DNA from: Parasynechococcus marenigrum WH 8102
Lineage (GTDB): Bacteria; Cyanobacteriota; Cyanobacteriia; PCC-6307; Cyanobiaceae
Assembly: GCF_000195975.1 (NCBI RefSeq)
Contig: NC_005070.1
Span: forward strand, 2,100,001 to 2,132,000
Length of the DNA: 32,000 nt
Direction of reading: 5' to 3'
Both the position numbers and the translations under genes were made by a program. Below are positions 19,133 to 26,467 of this stretch, piece by piece (position 1 is the first letter of the stretch; every line of letters starts with the position of its first letter). The notes beneath the pieces were generated by a model. The model searched no databases. It had not been told where the DNA came from and saw only the letters and a program-made list of their open reading frames with translations.

Positions 19133-20638
19133 TCAGAACTTAAAGACGGTCTGAACGACGCCACCCCACTGGGACGCATCATCCACACCCTGAGACTGCT
19201 CAGGCAGGTAGAAGACTGCTGGAATGACAGATACTTTTTTAGCAACCTTCAGCTTGAGGGAAGCTTCGAAAGCAAGTTCAGGAGCATCAGGGTCATCTCC
19301 CTTCTGAGAAACAACGTACTGAGGGGCACCGAAACCGACAGCAAGCTTGTGACTTGTGTCTGCAATCTTGTCCCACTGGAAGCCAACCATCCAACTAGCC
19401 AGTGTTTCAACGTCAGAACCCTCCAAGCTGGAGAATCCATAACCAGCGCTGATTGAGGGAATCAGGCCAGTCTCAGCAGGTTTCCAGAAGCCGTTGAAAG
19501 CAAAGTTATTGGAGTAAACGTCAGTGCCTTTGACGCAATCCTGAGCCTTATAGAAGCCAGTTCCAAAACCTGCCTTGCACTGTCCGTAGCGATAACCGAA
19601 AGCAAGACCCCACTTTTTAGATCCGTAACCGATCTGAGCAGTTGTGTTGGCACGTGAATTAGAGCCGAACATGCCACCTGCTGTGGGATCACTGTTCTCG
19701 GCTTCTCCGGCATCGGCGACGTAGTTCACAGCCGCAGTGAACTTGGGTTTGCCTTTAGCTACTTTCTGCTTCCAGATCAAGCCAACCAAACCGCCGGTTT
19801 CCTTGTTGTAGACGCCGGGAGTACCCCAGTGACCACCAAACATGTTGAGGGTCTTCACTTTGTAAGCTGTAGGTTTCATACCCAAGCTTTCAGTATTCCG
19901 AGCCAGAGGACCCGCGATGGCGGTCAGGCCTTTTGCAACAGGAAAACGATAGTAGAGACGATCAATTTCCATGGTGTTTCCAGACATTCCAGAAACATCC
20001 AACTTGCGCAGTCCGCCGGAGAAAGCAGATCCATCCTTCATGTTGCCGCCGCGCAGGCGGGTGAAGAGCAGATCTTTACCGGTGAAAGAGGTCTTAAGAC
20101 CCAAGCGGAGATCGTAAGAGAAACTCAGTGCGTCATAGACAGATTTATCTGCGTCGTCCTCAGAATTAATGGCACCTGTAACGAAGGTGGCCTTACCTTT
20201 CAGCTTTGTGGTGGTGGAGAACTGAGTGGCCGCCAGTTCGCCGACGCGAGCTTCCAGACCATCCACGCGCCCGCGGATCACAGCCAGCTCGGTTTCGAAT
20301 TCTTTGATCAGACGACGCAGCTCGTCGGTCACCTCGGTGATGCGGTCGAGGCAAGCGTTCAGCAGGGCAGCCGCTTCGTAGCGGGTCATGGCCCGGTTGC
20401 CAGCGAAAGTACCGTTGGGGTAGCCGGCGACGCAGCCGTAACGTTCGATCAGGTTGGCGAGAGCCTGGTAGGCCCAGTCAGTCGGGTAGACGTCGGAGAA
20501 CTGGGTGATGCTGGTGACCTGCTCTTCGGATGCCGCGTAGTCGGACACACCGTTGATGTTCAGGTCGGCTGCGTTGGCGCCGGAGGCCAGGAGGCCCAGG
20601 GCGGCAGGCGCAACCAGCAGTTGCTGGAAGAGTTTCAT
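19133..20638 (-). CDS. SLH-domain / OprB-type outer-membrane porin (Som-like)
   Basis: Start is taken at ATG 20638 ([23 protein letters not shown]). SLH motif [30 protein letters not shown], a coiled coil, and a barrel ending ..VFKF. GAGGA lies 8-12 nt upstream of the ATG. Confidence 0.9.
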   Translation of the reverse strand: MKLFQQLLVAPAALGLLASGANAADLNINGVSDYAASEEQVTSITQFSDVYPTDWAYQALANLIERYGCVAGYPNGTFAGNRAMTRYEAAALLNACLDRITEVTDELRRLIKEFETELAVIRGRVDGLEARVGELAATQFSTTTKLKGKATFVTGAINSEDDADKSVYDALSFSYDLRLGLKTSFTGKDLLFTRLRGGNMKDGSAFSGGLRKLDVSGMSGNTMEIDRLYYRFPVAKGLTAIAGPLARNTESLGMKPTAYKVKTLNMFGGHWGTPGVYNKETGGLVGLIWKQKVAKGKPKFTAAVNYVADAGEAENSDPTAGGMFGSNSRANTTAQIGYGSKKWGLAFGYRYGQCKAGFGTGFYKAQDCVKGTDVYSNNFAFNGFWKPAETGLIPSISAGYGFSSLEGSDVETLASWMVGFQWDKIADTSHKLAVGFGAPQYVVSQKGDDPDAPELAFEASLKLKVAKKVSVIPAVFYLPEQSQGVDDASQWGGVVQTVFKF

Positions 20639-20731
20639 GAGATTCCTCACACCTAAATTGAGGGAAGTGGACAGCAGTCCATAAGGAAAATACAGGCACA
20701 AGAAAACACTGCACAGGAGGCCGCGCTTTTA

Positions 20732-20762
20732 TGTGTCCATTACTACGCCTTAACTAATTTAA
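20732..20762 (-). promoter_or_regulatory. conserved upstream box shared with the paralog at 22897..22927 (putative promoter/operator)
   Basis: TGTGTCCATTACTAC..TAA.TAATTTAA is conserved between the two paralog upstream regions while flanking leader sequence has diverged. It lies ~95-125 nt upstream of the ATG. I cannot assign -10/-35 hexamers confidently. Confidence 0.35.
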
Positions 20763-20865
20763 GCTTAGGCTAAGAACCTAGATCGCTGATTGATGGCCAA
20801 AGACGACCAAGCTCACAAAAGGTGGGTTGAGGAAGAAAGCACAAGTGGAGATTCTTCGTTGCTAA

Positions 20866-20910
20866 TTGGAAAATTAAGTTGGACTTTACTTTAAGTAAGT
20901 ACCGTCAACA
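20866..20910 (-). pseudogene. decayed 3'-terminal stub (~15 codons) of a porin like 23030..24475
   Basis: Hand alignment of 20829-20912 with 22993-23071 gives about two-thirds identity with one 5-nt indel. The stop codon position has decayed to ttg. The preceding terminator keeps only its 3' arm (ggtgggtt at 20821). Confidence 0.45.
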
Positions 20911-20911
20911 T

Positions 20912-20999
20912 AATGTTGAGATCCTGAGCTTATGCTGTACGGGAGCAATCAAAATGTCAGGGCTGCCGGAGCGACCAAAAGGCCCTGGAGCAGTTTCAT
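20912..20999 (-). pseudogene. 5'-terminal stub of a large-porin paralog (signal peptide only, premature stop)
   Basis: The minus strand reads ATG AAA CTG CTC CAG GGC CTT TTG GTC GCT CCG GCA GCC CTG ACA TTT TGA, which translates [16 protein letters not shown]. The intact gene has [21 protein letters not shown]... A 1-nt deletion in the T-run causes the stop. The upstream leader 21000-21060 also aligns with 18960-19020. Confidence 0.6.
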
Positions 21000-21099
21000 A
21001 TCAATCTTCTCAAGCTCCTGCAGGAAGTGTCTCAACAAACCAAAGGCACCGAGAATCAGTAGTGGTGCTAAATAATTAACCCATTACTAAACGCAATAG

Positions 21100-21121
21100 A
21101 AAAGCCCCCCTTACGGGGGGC
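21100..21121 (-). terminator. rho-independent terminator of the frameshifted porin
   Basis: Minus strand reads GCCCCCC-gtaa-GGGGGGC followed by TTTT. It is homologous to the terminator at 19058..19081. Confidence 0.7.
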
Positions 21122-21171
21122 CGATCTATGTGGGGAACAATTCAGAAACCCCACCGAAGGCTGCTTAGGAA

Positions 21172-22802
21172 TCAGAACTTGAAGACCGTCTGAATAACAC
21201 CGCCCAGAACACCAACGGACTTGTCGTTGGGGGTCTCGAATCCATAAGGACGAGAGAGCCAATAGATGGCAGGGGTCACAGCAATTTTATTGGTGACTTG
21301 GAACTTGTACCAGAGCTCCATGGCATAGTTGCCATCGGCGACAAAATCACTTTCACCCCTGCGCTCAACTTTAGTCACGAACCGTGGCTGACCGATAGCA
21401 GCTCCAAGCGCGTTCTTCTTCTGGAAAACATCGTTCCAAGTGAGACCCACCATCCAAGAGGCCATTTCACGGATTTCAGTCGCACGCTCCCAGTCATCGT
21501 TGCCGTTGCTGTAGGAAGCACCAACACCTGCACTGATGGAGGGAATCATTCCTGATTCCTCAGGGCGCCAGAAGGCATGAACGGACCAGTTGTGACTATC
21601 GGCATCTGAACGAACTTCGTTGCCGTCTTTGTTTTCGACGGTGCAAGAAGTGTCGCCCTTACCTGCGAACTCTGTACCAGTACGGAATTTAGCTCCGCAC
21701 TGGCCGTAGCGATAACCAGCTGCAAGGCCCCATTTCTGGGTTCCATAGGCAATCTGGCTGGTGATGTTCGCTTCAGAGTTGTCGGTCATGAAGCCACCCG
21801 AATTGGGGTTGCTATCTTCACCTTCGCCGGAGTCAGCAACGTAGTTGGCTGCAAGAGTCCAGTAAGGATTGCCCTTGCCGGCGCTCTTCTTATTGGTGTA
21901 GATCAGACCGAAGCCACTTCCAGTTTCCTTGTTCCAGACGCCAGGAGTTCCCAGGGAACCACCGAAGAAGTCGAGAACCTTTTGACCACCCTTTGCATAA
22001 GCACTGGCTTTGTAGCCATCATCTCGGTGTTGCGAGTCAGAGCACCGACCTGAGCCTTGAATCCGTTGCCCAGGGGGAAGCGGTAATACAGGCGATCAAT
22101 CTCAACAGCGTTGCCACCGGGAGCACCAGTGTCAAGCTTGTTCAAACCAACACCTTCGCCATCCCAAGTGGAAGAACCACCTTGGTTGCCAACGCGTAGG
22201 CGAGTAAACAGCAGGTCCTTGCCGGTGAAGGAGGTTTTCAGACCCAAACGCAGGTCGTAGCTGAAAGTGAAAGCGCCCCAGTCGGCGTTGTAAGAGTCGC
22301 GCATGCCTTTGGGGTTATCACCAAGAGCATTGGTGGCACCCATGACGAAATTCGCCTTGCCTTTCAGCTTGGTGGTTGTGGAGAACTGAGTCGCCTCCAG
22401 TTCGCCAACGCGAGCTTCCAGACCGTCCACGCGGCCGCGGATCACAGCCAGCTCGGTTTCGAATTCATTGATCAGACGACGCAGCTGGTCGGTCACCTCG
22501 GTCACGCGGTCAAGGCAAGCGTTCACAAGGGCAGCCGCTTCGTAGCGGGTCATGGCCCGGTTGCCAGCGAAGGCACCGTTGGGGTAGCCGGCGACGCAGC
22601 CGTAACGCTCGATCAGGTTGGCAAGAGCCTGGTATGCCCAGTCAGTCGGGTAGACGTCGGAGAATTGGGTGATGCTGGTGACCTGCTCTTCGGATGCCGT
22701 GTAGTCGGACACACCGTTGATGTTCAGGTCGGCGGCGTTGGCGCCGGAGGCCAGGAGGCCCAGGGCGGCAGGCGCTACCAGCAGTTGCTGGAAGAGTTTC
22801 AT
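21172..22802 (-). pseudogene. SLH-domain / OprB-type porin interrupted by a single-nucleotide frameshift near 22003-22008
   Basis: ORFs 21903..22838 and 21172..21789 are the N- and C-terminal parts of one porin. Reading the -1 frame from ~22003 gives ..YAKGGQKVLDFFGGSLGTPGVWNKETGSGFGLIYTNKKSAGKGNPYWTLAANYVADSGEGEDSNPNSGGFMTDNSEAN.., which joins the two parts and is colinear with the paralog (..KPTAYKVKTLNMFGGHWGTPGVYNKETGG..). Confidence 0.75.
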
Positions 22803-22896
22803 GAGATTCCTCACACCAAAATTGAGGGAAGTGGACAAAAAGTCCCTCTGAAAGTTACTGGTGACGCAAAAGCATCCTTAAGCGGCCGCACAATTT

Positions 22897-22927
22897 TGTG
22901 TCCATTACTACTCTTTTAATAATTTAA
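22897..22927 (-). promoter_or_regulatory. conserved upstream box, paralogous to 20732..20762
   Basis: Same TGTGTCCATTACTAC..TAATAATTTAA block at the same distance from the ATG. Confidence 0.35.
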
Positions 22928-22962
22928 AAAAAGTTTAAGAGTCTAAGTAGCGATTAAAAGAC

Positions 22963-22990
22963 GAAAAAAAACCCACCGCAGAGCGGTGGG
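22963..22990 (-). terminator. rho-independent terminator of porin 23030..24475
   Basis: Minus strand reads CCCACCGC-tct-GCGGTGGG followed by TTTTTTTT. It sits 40 nt after the stop. Confidence 0.75.
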
Positions 22991-23029
22991 TTTAGGAATA
23001 AAGAACGGTTGGGAATTAACCGTTGATGA

Positions 23030-24475
23030 TCAGAAGGTGAAGGTGGTCTTCAGGTAAGCACCGTGAACATATTCACCAGTGAGGCTACCGGAATACTCAT
23101 CAATGATGAAGTAGGTCGGGGTAACGGTGATGTTGTCGGATACAGCAAACTTGTAGAAGATTTCCCACATTTTGTTGTAGTCATCTTCAACCTTAGGAGC
23201 CTGGCCGATGGCTGTACCGAATGAGTTGCCTGCTACGAACACATCAGACCACTCAAGGCCAACGTACCAGCCATGAATGTTTTCATCGGTGCCCTCAGGG
23301 TCAGACATTGACCAACCACCACTCACAGAGGGAATGATGCCAGCATCTGCAGGAGCCCATGCGGCTGCAAGGCTGTAACCATTACGGCTGTCGCCTTCCA
23401 CAGCGAAAGCTTTGTTGGTGCCAATAGTAAGGCCTACATTTTGTGCGTAGGCATAACCAGCTTGGGCCAAGAAGCTACCTTCAGCAACTTCACCTGAGTA
23501 GAAAAGCTGCCAAGAAGATGTGGATGCAGTTTCATCTTGACCGATGCTTTCTGATCCACTCCAAGCGACGTAGTTGCCGCTAAGTGAGAAGCCAGAGTCA
23601 CCAAACGAGTAAACGCCGCCCACGCCAGCACCAGCACCAGCCAAGTTGTTGGAGGCCCAAGCACCGCCGTAGGTGAAGAAGTCCAGCAGCAGGTCGGAAG
23701 GATAGAAGGTTGCATAGCCGGCGTACATACCAGCATCATCTGTCCGCACCACAGGACCAGCCGTTACGGTCAGGTTCTCACCAACTGGGAAGGTGTAATA
23801 CAAGCGACCAATCTTGACACTGCCGCCAGATGACATGGCAGTTTCAACAAATGTCAGACCTTCATCCCAGACAGAGGGACCAAAATTACCCGCCCGCAGG
23901 ACGGTGGTCAGCATGTCTTCGCCTGTGAAGGACGTCTTAAGGGCAAGACGAAGGTCGTAGTTGAAGGTGACAGCTTCACCCGCATCACCATCGAAACCTT
24001 CAGCAGCACCAAGAACCCACGCTGAATAACCCTTCAACTTGGTGGTGGTGGAGAACTGAGACGCTGAGAGTTCCCCAACGCGAGCCTCTAGACCGTCCAC
24101 TTTGCCGGCGATCATTGCGAGTTCCTTCTCGAACTCAGTAATAAGGCTCTTAAGTTGATCCGTCACCTCGGTGACGCGGTCGAGGCAGGCGTTCAGCAGG
24201 GCAGCAGCCTCATAGCGGGTCATGGCCCGGTTGCCACGGAAGGTGCCGTTGGGGTAGCCGGCCACACAGCCGTACTGCTCCACCAAATTGCTCAAAGCCT
24301 GATAGGCCCAGTCGGTGGGATAAACGTCAGAAAACTGGGTGACACTGGTGACCTGATCCTTTGAGGAAGAGGAGTACTCAGCAACACCATTGATGTTGAG
24401 CTGGGCGGCGTTAGCACCGGTGGCCAGAAGGCCAAGGGCAGCAGGAGCCACCAGCAATTGCTGGAAAAGCTTCAT
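23030..24475 (-). CDS. SLH-domain / OprB-type outer-membrane porin (Som-like)
   Basis: [23 protein letters not shown] signal peptide, SLH motif [30 protein letters not shown], a coiled coil, and a Gly/Ala/Ser-rich barrel ending ..TTFTF. Confidence 0.9.
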   Translation of the reverse strand: MKLFQQLLVAPAALGLLATGANAAQLNINGVAEYSSSSKDQVTSVTQFSDVYPTDWAYQALSNLVEQYGCVAGYPNGTFRGNRAMTRYEAAALLNACLDRVTEVTDQLKSLITEFEKELAMIAGKVDGLEARVGELSASQFSTTTKLKGYSAWVLGAAEGFDGDAGEAVTFNYDLRLALKTSFTGEDMLTTVLRAGNFGPSVWDEGLTFVETAMSSGGSVKIGRLYYTFPVGENLTVTAGPVVRTDDAGMYAGYATFYPSDLLLDFFTYGGAWASNNLAGAGAGVGGVYSFGDSGFSLSGNYVAWSGSESIGQDETASTSSWQLFYSGEVAEGSFLAQAGYAYAQNVGLTIGTNKAFAVEGDSRNGYSLAAAWAPADAGIIPSVSGGWSMSDPEGTDENIHGWYVGLEWSDVFVAGNSFGTAIGQAPKVEDDYNKMWEIFYKFAVSDNITVTPTYFIIDEYSGSLTGEYVHGAYLKTTFTF

Positions 24476-24638
24476 GGGGGGTCCTCACACAGAAAATGGG
24501 CGCAACAGCGCCACATAAACCTCATAAGGCTTTACCAAGGGTTAACCAATAATCCCTGTGCCAGCTCCCTTAATGACTGGTAACAGGTGTCACAGAACAC
24601 GCCTGAAAGCGTTCGCTACGAACATTAAATCGATTCGT

Positions 24639-24654
24639 GTGGGTGGCCACCCAC
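24639..24654. promoter_or_regulatory. perfect 16-nt palindrome GTGGGTGGCCACCCAC just upstream of the first DUF2079 gene
   Basis: Read directly. It ends 25 nt before ATG 24680. It could be an operator or a 5'-leader hairpin. Confidence 0.3.
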
Positions 24655-24679
24655 AGTGGTACGGCCCCTTGTGCGCTCC

Positions 24680-26284
24680 ATGTCCCCCCGGGTCCTGCGC
24701 GTCGCCGTTCTCTTCGCAGCCGTTCTGCTGGCGCTGCAGGCCTGGCGGTCCTGGGTGCTTCTGGCCAGTTACGACCAGGGAATCTTTCAGCAAGTGCTCT
24801 GGAACTGTCTCCAGGGTCATCCGTTTGAAAGCACCCTCTCCTCGCAGCTCTCCACGAATGTGATCCACGCCGGGGAGCTGCCTTCGGTCGATTACGAGCG
24901 GCTTGGCCAACATTTCACCCCCACTCTCCTGCTCTGGGCACCCCTTCTGGGGCTGATCGGAGGTGCCGCCCTGCCCCTGGTGCAGGTGGGACTGATCACG
25001 GCGGCTGGCCTCACATTGCATCGACTGGCCTTGGGTCTGCTGCCGGAACGCACTGCCAACTGGCTCACCTACGGCTTCTTTGCCGGCAATGCCCTGATCG
25101 GCCCCACGCTGGGGAACTACACCGACCTCTGCCAGCTGCCCCTGGCCGTGTTCCTCATGATGCTCGGCCTGGTGGAACGTCGCCGCTGGTGGATCACTGG
25201 GGCAGCCCTGTGGATCCCTTTGATTCGCGAGGACACCGGTGTGCTGCTGGTGGCTATCGGTCTGTGGCTGCTGCTGCGGCAACGGCAGCGCTGGCCATTG
25301 GCCATGGCCTTGATCGCCTGGGGTGGTGGTTGGGTGCTGATCTGCACCAGCCTGCTGATGCCGCTGTTCTCCGACGACAACGCCAAGCGGTTCATGGTGG
25401 AAAACTTCGGCCAGTACCTGGGGGACGAGAACAGCAGCTCAAGCCTCGGAATGGTGGGACACGCCCTGCGCCAGCCCCTGCTGCTGCTTCAGCAGTTGGT
25501 GGATCCACCGGGTCAAACCCTGCTGTATCTGCTCGGCCACGGCCTGCCCTTTCTGTTCGTCCCTCTCATCAGCCTCGACACCTGGCTGCTGGCGGGCCCC
25601 AGTCTGCTCGGGCTGTTTCTGGCCCAGGGGGCCAACGACCCCCTCTCGATCACCATCCGCTACACGCTGCTGGTGGTGCCGGGATTCGCCCTTGGCGCTC
25701 TGTTCTGGTGGCAGCGTCGGCCAAAACCCAACCCTGGAGCGCGAACCCGCCTGGCCTGGGGAGCTGCCCTCAGCCTCTCTCTGCTGCTGACGGTCAGCAG
25801 CAACCCTCACCGCAGCCTTTCCTTCCTGATCCCGGACAGCATTGATCCCTGGGTGTACAGCGCCCCATTGCGTCAGTGGAACCATGGCGTCACCGCTCGC
25901 CAGGCCCTGTCCGTCATCCCCGACGATGGCTCGGTGGCCGCCAATACCCCCCTGGTGCCGCTACTCGCCAGACGCGCCGTCCTCGTGCGTTTCCCATTCG
26001 CCACGGGCTATCTGGATCGATCCGGATCATCCCAGCAGGTGGACTGGATCGCCGTTGATCTCGAGCAGCTCGAGCAATACGGAGTTGCTTTCAGAGGCGA
26101 CTGGAAACAGCTGCGCAACGCTCGCCGCTGGCTGGCGGCCCACCGCGACAGCCATCGGGTGCAGGCCATCAACAGTGGTGTGGTGGTGCTGCAGCGCAAT
26201 GGGATTGAGCATCCCGACCTTGAAGCCGCACTCGATCGACAGCTGGATCGACCACTCCCTGCCGACCCACGTCGGCGTTCCTGA
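24680..26284 (+). CDS. DUF2079-type polytopic membrane protein (GT-C-like), paralog a
   Basis: About 10 or more hydrophobic helices followed by a soluble C-terminal domain. Motifs are YDQGIFQQVLWN, LGQHFTPTLLLWAPL and PLIREDTGVLL. Start is taken at ATG 24680; the track's GTG at 24656 is the alternative. Confidence 0.75.
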   Translation: MSPRVLRVAVLFAAVLLALQAWRSWVLLASYDQGIFQQVLWNCLQGHPFESTLSSQLSTNVIHAGELPSVDYERLGQHFTPTLLLWAPLLGLIGGAALPLVQVGLITAAGLTLHRLALGLLPERTANWLTYGFFAGNALIGPTLGNYTDLCQLPLAVFLMMLGLVERRRWWITGAALWIPLIREDTGVLLVAIGLWLLLRQRQRWPLAMALIAWGGGWVLICTSLLMPLFSDDNAKRFMVENFGQYLGDENSSSSLGMVGHALRQPLLLLQQLVDPPGQTLLYLLGHGLPFLFVPLISLDTWLLAGPSLLGLFLAQGANDPLSITIRYTLLVVPGFALGALFWWQRRPKPNPGARTRLAWGAALSLSLLLTVSSNPHRSLSFLIPDSIDPWVYSAPLRQWNHGVTARQALSVIPDDGSVAANTPLVPLLARRAVLVRFPFATGYLDRSGSSQQVDWIAVDLEQLEQYGVAFRGDWKQLRNARRWLAAHRDSHRVQAINSGVVVLQRNGIEHPDLEAALDRQLDRPLPADPRRRS

Positions 26285-26295
26285 ACAAAACGATG

Positions 26296-26321
26296 CCCCC
26301 GATCGGAAGACCGACCGGGGG
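26296..26321. terminator. GC-rich hairpin between operon genes 1 and 2 (weak or partial terminator, or processing site)
   Basis: CCCCCGaTCGG-aaga-CCGAcCGGGGG with one A.C mismatch. T-runs on either strand are short and not immediately adjacent, so it is not a canonical terminator. Confidence 0.35.
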
Positions 26322-26467
26322 CTCTCGCCGAGTCCGCTTTTGCCGCGGAACCGGATGATCAGTTAGAAGGCGCCGTTCAGCCGGCGTTCTCCGCGATCAG
26401 CAGACCCTGCATGAAAGAACTGGATTGCATGGACACCTCCTCCTGAAAGGGTTGATGAGCGCCGGTG

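Larger units (their letters stand above)
18869..20910 (-). repeat. tandem segmental duplication, copy 1 (large-porin 5' end, intergenic, porin, promoter, decayed porin 3' stub)
   Basis: Collinear hand alignment with 20911..23075 at an offset of +2039 to +2165 for eight landmarks (see findings). Confidence 0.6.
20911..23075 (-). repeat. tandem segmental duplication, copy 2 (large-porin 5' stub, intergenic, frameshifted porin, promoter, intact 3' end of fourth porin)
   Basis: See copy 1 and the findings. Confidence 0.6.

Noticed and set aside
19039-19245. 68-aa minus-strand ORF across the porin 3' end and terminator
   Set aside because: It lies in an alternative frame of the porin C-terminus and runs through the terminator hairpin, so it is not plausible as an independent gene.
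20741-20770. Pho-box-like TTAA-containing direct repeats upstream of the porins
   Set aside because: CTTAACTA and neighbouring TTAA motifs are present, but their spacing is not the 11-nt phasing expected for PhoB boxes. The region is so AT-rich that chance matches are likely.
20879-21079. 66-aa plus-strand ORF (TTG start) in the AT-rich spacer
   Set aside because: It spans the two fossil porin stubs in antisense. It has no RBS, and the region is better explained as decaying duplicated DNA.
16974-24560. Interpreting the low-GC porin block as a horizontally acquired genomic island
   Set aside because: No integrase, transposase, tRNA attachment site or flanking direct repeats are visible. Internal duplication plus expression and amino-acid bias explain the pattern adequately without transfer. 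It is kept only as a compositional observation.
24590-25282. 230-aa minus-strand ORF, and the similar antisense ORFs 28135..28749 and 29453..30202
   Set aside because: They are antisense frames of the three DUF2079 genes. Their composition is Gln/Gly/Pro/His-rich low complexity, and there is no independent start or RBS context.
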